64,000 nt of DNA from Catajapyx aquilonaris (GCA_000934665.2 KZ538017.1:62001-126000); one strand, 5' to 3'. Numbered from the stretch's first letter, positions 20,925 through 34,366 are shown. A program made the numbers and translations. The notes: generated from the letters alone by a model not told the origin.

Positions 20925-23900
20925 ATGGAACGTGTTGAGATGCACTGGAACGAGTCTGTCCCATTTGACTGGACACCCGACGAGAACGGGTCGTCCCAAA
21001 AGAATGTCCCAGCATTCGAAGAGGACGAGTACCTCTTCGACCGGACGGACGTCAGGGCCATCTTCATCTCCCTGTACACCGTCGTCTTCTGCTGTTGCTT
21101 CTTCGGTGAGTGTATCTTGTTACTATAAACCAAGTTGTCAAGACTTGCATCGCATTACGTTGCGTGCTGTTTCGACAACTAAAGGAGCAAGGATGGCAGG
21201 CGTGGGATTAACTGGAAGGCTTTGGAAGCTTCCAGGATTGGCAAGCACGGGTTTGCACTTTGCTGAATTGCAAAGCCAACTTCGGGGGCGGTACAGCGAC
21301 GAAACATTTCATCTTGCTGCCAAAAATGGGGGGGTATGTCACAAGAAACTCCAGTCGTGCGTTACTGCACGTGACGCACTTTTAAAGGAGATCAGGGGGG
21401 AAAAAATATCGTGCTAAAATTAGTCGCCTTCAGTACCTTAAACATGCCTTTAATTAAAGCTCTAGAACCAGATTTAAATCCCCGCTTCATTGTTTCGCGG
21501 CTTGGGTAACAATGAGGGTTGAATAATATCAGCGCCATTTCTCCAGACTCGAAGGTGACATGAAGGTCAGTTATTAGGCAGAGGCAACGAACTTGGTCGC
21601 ATTTATAGCCATCAAGCGTTTTATAAAAATGTGCAAAAAAACAAACTGGTTGCTGGAGCAAACAAATTCGCAAACTTTTTTTTGGACTGCGTTGGTATAT
21701 ATACATCTGCATGACTTGATGGGTGTTGCAGTCGACGTGTAGATCGTTTCCATTATGAGGAGGCGCATATTGCGAGGCACGGTCTGTTGGCCAAAATGGG
21801 ATTAGCGAGTTGCGGGATTTTCGCAATTATGCCGATTTTTTTTAAAGTGCCAGATGAGCTGTGTGGGAGTGGTTTGGAAAACGTGAGAGTATGAAACATG
21901 TAGAAGCCACTTACACCTGCTCGTGTCACGATTTATATAGGCCCTGTGCTTATATACATTGTGCAAAGTTTTCTTTATGTCGTGTGGGATTGAACAGAGC
22001 TCATCAAAAATTATGCGCTTGGAAAGTTCGCGAATTTTTTTTTCCTGCACACTTTTGCCTTAAAGGGCTGCTGCTTTTGGGTCCATCCTGGGAGTTGGAA
22101 GGACCAAAAAAAAAAAAAAACGGAGGGGCTTTGACACGAAGTTGTTTTTGGCAGATTAGGAGCAAACACTCTTTCAAGCGTTTTTGCAACCAGGTTAAAT
22201 CGAGCATACTTTGGGATTAATTAACCCCCCGGGTTCCTTTAGCGAAATCCTGGCCTTTAATTACCTTAATCCCGTATATAGCTGGGGGACTCTGCAGTTA
22301 TTTCTCGCCCAATATTGTAGTCCAGCTTGTCCAGCAGAGAGTCCCATTTTATTGCCTTCTTTATTTGGCACCTTCCTGTGTTTGCAAAGGCCCAGAGAGG
22401 CGCACATTTGTTTGGGGGGNGGGTGGGGGGGGGGGACGAAGCTTTTAGTGCCCCCCCTTCGGCCACACAGAATCGACCGGGCCCACCCTTACGCTCTTGA
22501 CAAAATTGTCAAAATCTTTGCCGAGAAAAAAGAGTCGACGCGCCTTATTTTCTGAACCAGAAAGTGTGTTTTTATCGCGAGAAAAACTGCGCCATTTTGA
22601 TGCCTGGAAGTGACGTCAGAAGTGTGGCTGCGACGTCACAGTTGCCAGATGGATAAACGAAAAATTGTGTTCAATCTGGCACCAGTTGCTTTGTATCCCG
22701 GTTAGGAACGGTTCCGGATTTCCTGGGCGTTTAATGGGCCCAATCTTTGCAAGTGTTGGCCCAATGACCCTAAGGGTCATCCGAAGTGCCAACAGGAGGA
22801 GTCCAGATGGTGCAGGGCCATTTGGACCAGAAGTGGAATCGATAGCTCAATTTAATGGGCTGGCCCCATGAGAGTTATGCTTTTCCCTGTGGACCTTCCA
22901 AGCATATTCTGGACCAATGGTGGCCAACAAATCACTGGAAAATGTACTATACAAGTTAGTACAGTCTATAAATAAGAGCTGGTTGAAGAAGTAATATACG
23001 CGTGTGTTTCATTCTCGCCTTTTGCAAGCTGTAGTTGTCACCTTCCCGTCACACGCAACCGGAAGCCATTACTTTTATCGCGTTTTCTCCCGTTTCGGAG
23101 AGGTTCATTTTATCGGGCCTGTAATTAATGCTTTCTAATTTAGTCAGTTCCACTTATTACTATACGAACGCGTATGAATCCAGATTTCCATTGAAGATAC
23201 TGGTGAACACCTTGACAAAAACACTGCTCCAGACGCTTACAAATCTTCCATCATGTATACCGCAGGGGGGCAATATCAGAAGACTCTCATCATCATTTTT
23301 CCCTTCAAGTCCTCCACTTGACTTCCGAACAGATCGCCCGTCGCCTCAACAATGGTCTGTGTGTGGCCACCACGGAGCATTTACGATCCAATGTTGACCA
23401 CTCTAATAACAAATGGAGAATCATTTAATGCCCTTTGTGGGCCTCTGCTGGGTTGACTCTCATCTTGCCTATGCCTTCTTTTTTTATACTGTTTATGGGC
23501 CATCATTCTTCTGGTCTCATTAAAGCAGGCAACAATGTTCCCTGCTATGGAATTGGGAGGGCATCATTCTTTCTTGGAGTGTCGTCGTTCACAGGCAGCA
23601 CATTTCTTGGGGGCATGTTTCACCCATGAGAGTTGAATTATTCACACCCGACCTTCCCAGTGATTGGAGCCGTATAAATGCGCGCAATGTCAGTCTTGCA
23701 TAGCGTTGTTGACAGGTGCAACTTGCATAATCCACATGGGGATTGTCGCTGTTTTGATTGCAGTAATTCCCCCTCCCCCTTTTTTAAAATTCAACGGCTT
23801 TCTAATTATCTCTAGGGAATCCGGCACTGATTGATCGAGCCATGTACTGCGATGTTTTCAGGCAACCTTTTGGTGATGCTGGTGGTGATGCTGCACTGGC

Positions 23901-26662
23901 GGATGCGATCCATCACCAACTTCTTCCTGGCCAACCTGGCCTTTGCAGACTTCTGCGTCGGAATATTCTGCGTCTATCAGAACCTCAGCATCTATCTAGC
24001 CACCAGGTGAGTAGTTGTTTCTTATATATGAAACACCCTGTATTAGACTTCTTCCCCTGCTGTGTTTCGACTTCCTTCCCGAGTGATTGCCTGCCATTCC
24101 TTCGCCTCAGGGGGGGAAGCAGCATTGTTGGGCCGATAATCGATAGTAACTTTCCAAGGGGTTGTTGATTCATCGCCTGTCAGCAGATTGATTCGAGATC
24201 TAAGCCAACATTATTTGCGCCTCCCAAATGCAGAGAAATTGGCGGTGGTGAAGTGACGCTACTCGATCGGAAAATTGACATCCCTGCTGTCGATGCGAGG
24301 TCACCTCAGACCTTTTAAAGAGGGGGTCTTCATTATGTATATAGGAAACACCCAGCTACCATCACCTTTGTGAGTCGCATTACCTTTGATTGACCTGCTG
24401 CTCCCTTGGTGAGTGTGAGGTGTTGAATTGATCAATCAGAAAAAAAAGGAAACCGCTTCAGAAGTATTGAATATCTGCCGTTTGGGCCAACAAAAGTGAC
24501 GAGAAGTTGATCCTCTCTTTAAGCAAACGATCTCTGGTTGTATCGAGAAAACCGGCTCCTAATTGCTCCGAGTCTATTCACACCTATTTTCCTTTGATCT
24601 TTTGATCCTTTCGCCGCACATGCCCCCCTCAAAATATGGCGTATAAAGGAAGTTTGGTGCCAGCCTCTTTCACATGTTCCCGTGAGACTCTCATAAGTCA
24701 TCTGCTCACTACAATGCGGGGCCTGACTCTAAGGCTTATGTCATGGATCGCGCAAATTGCCTAATGGACCAACCAACGGAGGGAACAGAAATGTGTTGAC
24801 AACTTTTGCGAATTTGGGCTCGGTTTTGGATGTGTGATGAAGCAAACTTTCAATGGCACTGGGGTTTGCTCGTAAACACGTGTGTACACTGTACAGTATA
24901 ATAATGAGGTCTGGGAGACGGTACTTGCTCAAAATATGGCCTGCAGTTATGGCTGTGTCGTGTATTACATCCAGGAGGATTACGGATTACGACCATTGCA
25001 CCATTTGACGTCATTCACTATGGGAAGATAAAAGTAATACCGGATTTCCTGCCAGAGGAAATTTTTTTCCGGGAGATGAAATTCTGCAGTAAGCTTCATG
25101 CGAATTCTGCTGGGACTCGGGCAAATTGAGAAGGAAAAAAAAACATCGGCTGACATTATACATCCGGATAAGGTCGTTGTAACAGGCTGTAACGTGATAA
25201 GTCCTTTCCTTTGTATTTGGAATCGATGAAGTAGACCCCTCCGAGCTCTATTGATACTGGCGGACTATAAATAGCACTCAGACTACAGCTTTAGGCGAGT
25301 GTAGAAGCGGCGGAAGAAAGGCAAATATTTAATCTCTTTCAGGCTGAGATTACAACCGTAACGCCGGTTTATTGCGTTGTCTCTATCGCAAATCCTCCGC
25401 ATTTGTTCGACCGAGCCAGTGACATTAAAAATGGGATACATATTTTTTCATATACGGAGTGATTATGACACATGGGCGGACCAATTTGGGCAGGATAATC
25501 CGGGGGACATGTTTTCCAATCTAATTGCCGTCATTTCCGTTTTTTTCCTACTCGTATCACACCGATTATTATTGCCCCGCTGCAAATTGCGATTCATGAA
25601 CTGTTTGTGGAAATGTGTGGAATCCCGAGGGAATCCTCATCATTTTTTCCCCCCACTCTAAACGGTTCCAGCTGGGTCCTGGGCGAGTTCCTGTGCAAGG
25701 TGTACCACTTCATCCACCACCTGAGCTACACCGCTTCGGTGTTCATCCTGGTGGCCCTGTGCGTGGAGAGGTACCTGGCCATAATCCACCCGATGAGGTG
25801 CAAGCAGCTGCTGACCATGACCCGGCTGAAGGTGGTGATAGTCCTGGTGTGGTCCACCAGCGCCGTCTACTCGGCCCCTAGGCTCTACTGGTTCCAGACC
25901 ATCAGGGTGTCCCTCTCCAACGGCACCAGCGAGGTCCTCTGCGTCCCGCTCAGGCTCAAGTACGACTCCAGGAGCTTCGACGTCGCCTCCTTCCTCCTCC
26001 TCTACCTCATCCCTCTGGCCGTCATCCTCGTCCTCTACTCCAGGATCGGGCTCGCTCTCTGGAGGAGCTCCAGGAGACCCACCGCCGAGGAAAGGAACCA
26101 ACAACACCACCACCACTACCAACAGGTGCGTGATTCGTAACTATTGAAGACGCGGTCGACACGTGGTCTCTCACTCTTTCCAGGGCTTGAAGACGCCGAT
26201 GTCGCTGGAGGGAAGCATACAACAGTGAGTGCAAATATGGTGGGTGTCCAGCCCCTGGCTGACCTCCGTTGCTTTCGCAGGCAGCCGACCCGCTGCTGCA
26301 ACAACAATGGGAGCGGCAACAATGCCCTGGCCGCCCGGCGCCGGGTGATCCGCATGCTGGTGGCGGTGGTGGTGACCTTCGCGGTGTGCAACCTCCCTTA
26401 CCACGCCCGCAAGATGTGGCAGCACTGGTCCCCCTCGTACGACGGGACCTCGGCCTTCTCCACCCTCCTGACCCCGGTGACCTTCCTGGTCATGTACTCC
26501 AACTCGGGCATCAACCCTGTCCTCTACGCCTTCATGTCCAGGAACTTCAGGAGGAGCATCCGCGACCTCCTCTGCTGCCGGATCACCAGGGCCAACTCGG
26601 CCCTCTTCAACAACAGGGATCACTCCTCCACCAGGGTCACCACCGTCAAGTCCTCTTCGTGA
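20925..26662 (+). CDS. TrissinR: Trissin receptor-like class A GPCR, copy A (short ICL3), about 400 aa, 5 exons
   Basis: Exons 20925-21105, 23862-24006, 25672-26125, 26184-26224, 26281-26662, all GT-AG and phase-consistent. FDRTDVRAIFISLYTVVFCCCFFGNLLV...RSITNFFLANLAFADFCVGIFCVYQNLSIYL...LSYTASVFILVALCVERY closely matches insect trissin receptors as I recall them. TM6 FAVCNLPYHARKMW; TM7 YSNSGINPVLY. Confidence 0.9.
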
Positions 26663-26677
26663 AGCAGACGTGTACCA

Positions 26678-26683
26678 AATAAA
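26678..26683 (+). promoter_or_regulatory. Candidate polyadenylation signal of receptor copy A
   Basis: AATAAA 15 nt after the stop codon; a second AATAAA lies near 26693. Confidence 0.45.
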
Positions 26684-29429
26684 CCTGTGTATAATAAAAC
26701 GCAAGGGGGCCAACAGTCTTCGCATTTTTCCCTGGAGACTGGCAGGTGCAGAAAGTGCTGGGGTTATTATCATTGAACTAGGACGTCCATTTTTGCAGGC
26801 CGAGTAATGAGTTTGGTAGGTGCGACGCAATTTTTCTACAAAACTCATTTCCTGTGTGACGCTTCCTCCCCCCCAGATTGGGTTCATTANCCGAGATTGG
26901 GTTCATTAAGCATGTATGTCATTAATTATTAAGCCCTGACATTTTTGGAGAAGGCCTCGATTTATCCGCGAGGACGTCCTTAATAAGCACGTCTTGACAC
27001 CTTCCGATACTCGCACATTTTTCTCTCGGCAAAAATTGCGCTTGCCAACATACTGTCGAGTGAGATTCAAAAAAATATTTTCATTTCCGCGCGCGATCTA
27101 GGAATATTCCTTATCTTGTCTGGCCAAGCAAAAACAATGGGATGTGAAGATTGGCAAAAAAATTCGCGCTTTTGTTCCATCTGTGGTATATCGGAAGCCG
27201 ATCCGATAAAGGCGACCGGATATGGATTCCCGATTGGTTTGGACCGAAAAGGAGACAAATGTCGCGTATATTTATCGACCGGGCCAGTTATGCCCGCTCT
27301 CTATTACATGTTATCAAACTGTAGATTCGACTAAAAGCAGTCTCGAATTTATGTGCTGTCAGGTAACCAATAACCAAAGGGGCCCATTGAACGCCGGTGA
27401 TTCCGCCTGCGATGGACTTTGAATGGCCCATCTTCCCTGCTACAAGTGCTTGTTAGTGCCCCCGAAATTTTCCCATGGTATAGCTCGAATGGGGTTGCTA
27501 ATGACGCCCCCGGAAAAGGATTTTCCTCTCAGTCAAGACCCGGGTCCCTCTCTTTGGATGCAAATGAGGCTCTTCCGGTTTGCTTTCTGTTCACACACGT
27601 TCCTCTCTCGAAGCGCAATATTCTGGAAAGGAGGACTGATTTTCCTTGCCAATCTCCGATTGAAGTGGTTTATTTGCAAATGAAGCGTGTCTATTGGCAA
27701 TTGTACCTGGAAATTGGAAATGGTATGTATAGAATAGAATGTGTAATCGATTTTTGTAAGAATAAGTCTGAATAAAAGTCTCATGGACGTCGTCTCTCCT
27801 GCTGCATTTGGTGGAATAATCTAGTGCAGAGAACACTATTCCCTGGCTCCTCCAGTCAATATTGGCAAGTGTAATATTCGTCGCTTTGATGCAATCTGTG
27901 AGCCAGAGGCATGCTTTTACATTGGAGGCAGGGAAGGAGGCTCGGGATTGACTCCGATCACCTCGGGCTGCAACTCTGAATAATGGAATCAGGCCATAGG
28001 AGCACAGAGAACAAAAGGGACATGGTTGCAACAAGCTGGCCCCGGCACAAAGGTTGTCTCTCCCCGACATATATTTGGCATCTAGCCCACCTAGCTCGAA
28101 TATAAAAATATAAAAAAATCTCTATGTCAGTATATAACTCGAATCCCGAAGAGAGACGCTTGTGGTGTGCAGCTCCTATCAAAAGGTCGTCAAATGGGAG
28201 TCTCAATGGGGCAGATCAGAGGGGAATGCAGGTCGTGTGAACCAATCTGTGGACTCCTTACAAAATAATTTTGAGAAGAAATCAGAAAATGGAGGAACAC
28301 CAAAGGCTGGGTGAGTTTGAATCTAAGGTGGCCACCATCATTCCAGATGTTAATATAGGCCAGGCCTAGATGAGATAACCTTTATATGCCATTTTCAGAC
28401 AATTACTCGCTGACAGTGCAATACATCTGTAAAATAAAATTGGGAGTACTTGCAAAATATTATAGCAAAAATTAGTTGCTGTTACATTTTTATACGAAAG
28501 TATACGAAACAAAGGTAGGCGGACAAATGTCCGAAAAACTGTAACTCATGGCAGTAAGTGTTAGGGGGTGGGTGTTCATTGGTAGAGAGGAAACTTGGCA
28601 GCACTGGTAAACAAATCATGATAAAAGTCAATGCGAAAGATTCAGTTCATGTACATTTTTTGCGTGGATGAGACAGTAAAATGAGACCGGATAGCACTAA
28701 AAATCCAATACTACGAGACATCAGGTGGATACATGCGGGAAGATTTCTTACATCGGGGCTTACCACTAAAATTGATCCGATTAATTGCAATATTGCGTAT
28801 GATATTAATGAGGTGGTGAGGTACTGTACAAATGGAGCATCTCTTCGAGTACAATAATTTGAATGAGACATTTTAAGCTGGTTTACCTGCTTCCACCCGA
28901 AGTTAAGAAATGAATATTTTACGGATTTATTCATGCTGTGTGCTTGGGAAATTACTCCGTTACATTACAGTATTACAACTTGACCAAAAGTTTGTCGTAT
29001 GTTCAAGGCAGGTTGAATCATCACTAATTATTAAGGAGAAGGTATCTCTAACGGGCCATTAATTAATCAGTGGAGTGGTGGGGGATGTGTCGCTGCTTGT
29101 CCTCACAGCTGCCTCTTTTGACCAAAAAAAAATGCGCATTGTTACACCAGCATTGTTGTCTCACCTGATCCCCCGATAGCCTTCCATTCTTGTGGTCTCA
29201 CAGCTTACAACGGCTCTCATGCGCCCTCTCCATTGTGTCCATTTTCAAAGCATCGGGTCAAACAATGTCCAGCACCCAGTATCGGCCAGCATTGTTTCCT
29301 GTGGATGTCCCACACCTCATTGTCATTGGTGCTTACATTATTTTTCATTTAAAACGGTGGTTTTCACAGGTAATTATAGTTTAAATTTATCACCGAATGA
29401 GGCGATGGACATCATTCGTACCTATACAC

Positions 29430-29435
29430 TTTATT
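29430..29435 (-). promoter_or_regulatory. Candidate polyadenylation signal of receptor copy B
   Basis: Minus-strand AATAAA about 85 nt after the stop codon. Confidence 0.4.
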
Positions 29436-29521
29436 AGCAAAGAAATGAGCGGAGTCGAATGATTGGTCCCCAACAGTTCGGTTAATTACTGGCTGTCCGA
29501 TTGACACCGGCTGCGCAGAGG

Positions 29522-32500
29522 TCACGACGCAGAGGACTTGACGGTGGTGACCCTGGTGGAGGAGTGATCCCTGTTGTTGAAGAGGGCCGAGTTGGCCCTG
29601 GTGATCCGGCAGCAGAGGAGGTCGCGGATGCTCCTCCTGAAGTTCCTGGACATGAAGGCGTAGAGGACAGGGTTGATGCCCGAGTTGGAGTACATGACCA
29701 GGAAGGTCACCGGGGTCAGGAGGGTGGAGAAGGCCGAGGTCCCGTCGTACGAGGGGGACCAGTGCTGCCACATCTTGCGGGCGTGGTAAGGGAGGTTGCA
29801 CACCGCGAAGGTCACCACCACCGCCACCAGCATCCGGATCACCCGGCGACGGGCGGCCAGGGCATTGTTGCCGCTCCCATTGTTGTTGCAGCAGCGGGTC
29901 GGCTGCCTGCGAAAGCAAACGGAGGTCAGCCAGGGGCTGGACGCACCTAACCTATATACGCACTTGTGAATGGAAGGAGACCTGCTGTGTGTTCCGTTAC
30001 AAGTTGCGGCGCTTCCGTCGATCGTGTCCGTTATCAGGACGTGTTCGGCGTCCCCCTGAACGAGGTCAGAGGTCACCAGGGAGTCGTCCTGCTGCTTCGG
30101 ACGCTTCTTCCGACGGTACATGACGACGCGCAGGAGACGCTTCTTCTTGGCGGCAGGGACGGAAGTCAGACTGACGCTGCTGCCTTCCACCGATGGCGTC
30201 TTCAAGCCCTGGAAAGAGTGACCACGTGTCGACCGCGTCTTCAATGGTTACGAAATACGCACCTGTTGGTAGTGGTGGTGGTGTTGTTGGTTCCCTTCCT
30301 GCGTGGGTCTCCTGGAGCTCCTCCAGAGAGCGAGCCCGATCCTGGAGTAGAGGACGAGGATGACGGCCAGAGGGATGAGGTAGAGGAGGAGGAAGGAGGC
30401 GACGTCGAAGCTCCTGGAGTCGTACTTGAGCCTGAGCGGGACGCAGAGGACCTCGCTGGTGCCGTTGGAGAGGGACACCCTGATGGTCTGGAACCAGTAG
30501 AGCCTAGGGGCCGAGTAGACGGCGCTGGTGGACCACACCAGGACTATCACCACCTTCAGCCGGGTCATGGTCAGCAGCTGCTTGCACCTCATCGGGTGGA
30601 TTATGGCCAGGTACCTCTCCACGCACAGGGCCACCAGGATGAACACCGAAGCGGTGTAGCTCAGGTGGTGGATGAAGTGGTACACCTTGCACAGGAACTC
30701 GCCCAGGACCCAGCTGAGAAATACACATCAGCCAAGTCTTAATCTCAGCTCATTCTGCAGAAAATCCGTGCGAAAACGTCGCTCTGAGAAAATCCTGTTT
30801 CGCACACATCAAGGTAGCCCCTCCGTTGATTGGCCTATATTCCCCCACCTAAAAAAAAGCGCTTTTGCTGGACTTAATTGCTTTTCATTTCAGTGCAAGG
30901 CTTAACGGTCACCTTGACCACCGCAGTACATGCTGGGGCTTAACCGCTAATTGAGGTCCATAAAAACACATGTTATGCCCCGCTCTCGCAGCCTTGCACC
31001 GCAAATGAAAAAAAAAAACTTAGCGTGTGTAATTAGTGCAAAGAGTTGTGTAGTTAATCTAACCTCCATTTTTCGCATTATCAAGCCTTGCTGTGTGTAA
31101 TACAAACGTGCCCAGGCCAATCACAACTTTCTTTTGGTCTGAAGCCCACCGACGACGAGTGTGAGTCTCCAGGGGACAGTCCTTTGATCTTTTGGAGGAA
31201 AACGGTCCAAAGTATCTGGTCCAGATTGGATCATCCGATTGGAACACTCCAGCCAATAGACCAAGTTGAAGAAAACGTCCTTTTAGTGTGTGGCCGTGAC
31301 TAGCTTGTTCTCATGGGTATATAGCCTGGTTGTGGGAATGAGGCATAATGCCCGTGGTGCGCACAAAGGAATAATAGAGAAGCTGCACACGAGAGCAACT
31401 AGAGCTCAACCAGATCTCCCCCACAAAAAAGGAAGGCTCCAGGGAGACGGACAGCCGGGATCAACTTTTCCTCCATTTTGTTGGCCCTTATTATCGCCCC
31501 GTCCTTTTGATGGAGATCAAGCAAAGGAAAGGCTGGAAAGGAATAAAAGCGATAGGAGAAGGATATTGGGATAGTCCTTAGGCTATATGACCCAACCGGG
31601 AGGCATCTGCGGCCTGGACCCATTTGCATCTCAGCCTCAAACTGCAAAAAGGGTTGGGAATAAGGGAATTGTCCTAAACGACTTCAGTGGGGTTGCTGGA
31701 GAACACACACCTGACACGGGGAAATTAAACGCCTTACACAATCATAATAACTAATTAAGAACGAAAAAAAAATAATTACAGGAATTATGTATTTTTTGAA
31801 TAAGGATTTGTGTCGCTGTGTGTAAAAGGTGTCGATTCTTTTGATCGGGCCTTTTCTTGGTTGGCGACGCAAACAGTGTTGCTAATCAATCAAATAAGAG
31901 ACGGGTGTGCAACCGGAACATTATCGATTATCGGCTGAGAGTCGATCAATCGCAAAGCCGGATCTAATCACAGGGTGTTTTATAGTCCTGAGACTCACCT
32001 GGTGGCTAGATAGATGCTGAGGTTCTGATAGACGCAGAATATTCCGACGCAGAAGTCTGCAAAGGCCAGGTTGGCCAGGAAGAAGTTGGTGATGGATCGC
32101 ATCCGCCAGTGCAGCATCACCACCAGCATCACCAAAAGGTTGCCTGAAAACATAACCCAAACGAACTGTCAGAATCGGCAGATATGAATTTTGCAAACAG
32201 ATGCCCGGTCGTCGGTTTTGCAAGCTGCGACATGTAAACACTGCTGTTGACGTCACCTTTCATTGTCGCCAGTTTCGACCCTTCTGAATAAGTCAAAAGA
32301 GTCTGTCGATTGTATTGTGCCGGTAATTAACTTGGCGACACGTAATCCCACCAGTTGTCAGTAGAACAATCGGCAATTAGACCATTTTTTCTCCAGAATG
32401 AAGTTCGCATTTTGTGATTACGTAAGAGATGACGACGTAACCGTCGCTGCCAGGATCTGCACGTGCTAAAATCCGCGAATATGTGCTGCAGATCCATTAC

Positions 32501-33145
32501 CCAGAGAGGGTATATCTGCATCTGGCAACAAAGACTCTTCTCACGGCTCATTATTCATCCCCTTCCATTTGAACATTGGCTTAAATCCGACGCCCACGGC
32601 TCATCGCTCCAATTCTATCTCTCTTTTTTCCCCCCCATCCTTTGTGCACAGCATATGTAGCAAGTGGCAAATCCAATTTCGGTTGCAGCAGACAATAATG
32701 GGCGGGTTAGTAATGGGGAAGCTGACTGCAACACTTTTGAAGACTCAAAGTCGCGTTTCACGAGCCCCCATCAAACCCATGCAGACTGCAATTATGGGAC
32801 CTGCCTCTTGCCCATTATTGTTCCCCAAATGTCCCAAAGCGCTGGTGAAAATATTCGCCACTACCAGACACTTTATTACATCAGCAGTGTGTGTTTTTTA
32901 TGACGCCCGGGCAACACGGCGCATTGTTGGAGAGTTTACTCACCAAAGAAGCAAGAGCAGAAGACGACTGTGTACAGGGAGATGAAGATGGCCCTTATGT
33001 CCGTCCGGTCGAACAGGTACTCGTCCTCTTCGAATCTAGTGGACAGCGTCCCATTAGCGGGTGTCCAGTCCACTCCGGACACATCAGGTATGCTGGACAG
33101 ATTCCAGTCGACACTCCAGGGCTTATCCAACTCAACCATGACCAT
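29522..33145 (-). CDS. TrissinR: Trissin receptor-like class A GPCR, copy B (long ICL3), about 475 aa, 5 coding exons
   Basis: Exons 33145-32944, 32143-31999, 30713-30263, 30208-29964, 29906-29522, with the same intron positions and phases as copy A and the same 7TM motifs. A probable acceptor (TTTCCAG) at 33199 implies an upstream non-coding exon. Confidence 0.9.
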
Positions 33146-34366
33146 CCCTAAACGCACTGGTCAACAACGATCACTCCTCTTGAAAAACGAAGTGTGGCCT
33201 GGAAATTCTCTAAAACAATCAGACATCATTGTTGGCTATAGGTTGATGCAACAGGCCTGTGGCTTTAAGAGTTAACCGCCGATTAAGCTTGATCGTCGAT
33301 GCGGTTGATGCCATTCAAAGTCGTTAGTCTCCGGAAGATAATGACCTTCCAACTTCGACTTACAAAATAAGAAGGCAGTTTACTTTGCGAACCACGAAAA
33401 AAAAAAGTTGCTTTAATGTCTCTCTTCCTCTCCCCCCTCCCCCCTCTTCCCCATAATTGCATGCAAAACGACCAGATCTGGAGGAGCGCCTTATTAGGCC
33501 CACCCCTTTCGTCCCCCCATCGAAACTTCGCCGCATTTGCATTTTTTTTTCGAGGCAAATTCTGAAGAGCTGGGCGTCAACATGTTCAGCCGTTAGGGAC
33601 TAATTTTAAAGAGTATTTTAAATATGCATCAGGACGTGGATGACTTTAAGATGAGAGCAAACAACTACGCGCAAAATTTTGGGATTTACATAACCTAACC
33701 GTGCAATTTTGTAAGATTGCTGTAATTATAATCATTGTATGAAGGCAATGTTATTACTATACTGATCTGTTATTGTCAAAAGCCCCATTAAGTGAGATTT
33801 TTTTTGCTTTCATACAACTTATTTTTTTAAAAATCAGATCAAGCCAAGCAATGTTGGCAGCTCGAACAAAAAAAAATTGGTTGGATCCCCCTAGTGATAT
33901 ATCAGTTGTTTACAAAAATAATATCCGACCAAGTTAAACTTTGCAATCTCTCTCTCACTCTCAAAACAAAGCCAAATCAATATAATAGTCATTCCTGCAC
34001 GGAATGCCGCTAAATGTCACGAAAGATTTGGATCCATTTCTGAGAGCGGCTTCCGTGATTCGTGTCTCATGAGGGTGTCAAATTACACGTATTTTTTTCA
34101 CTCACACTTTGGACTTCGTGACTTTTCAACCCGCATTGTGCGTGAAGAAAATGTATAGAGAAAAATTGAATCTGCAGCGTAAGTCGCGATCGCATTAAAA
34201 GTACGGTGCCCATCGCAGGCCGCAGGTCTAGAAAAAAAAACGAGCTGCGGATCTTTAAAATGCGAGCGTATAACTAGTTTTCTTAAATATGATTACTTTG
34301 TGTGGATTTAAATAAGGAGTTAGCCTTACCGAGAGACGTTGACTTGGACGTTGACGTTCCAGCTCG

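Noticed and set aside
26875..26908. 15-nt direct repeat AGATTGGGTTCATTA
   Set aside because: It straddles a single N and is most likely a contig-join overlap.
29966..30742. 258-aa plus-strand ORF (also 26171-26887, 25658-26122, 5951-6538, 2794-3234)
   Set aside because: Antisense shadows of GC3-rich coding exons, with no independent evidence.
20925..33145. The two receptors as uncollapsed alleles (haplotig artefact)
   Set aside because: Introns 1-2, the N-termini and exon 4 are far too different for alleles. Long-read confirmation is still needed for the exact exon identity.
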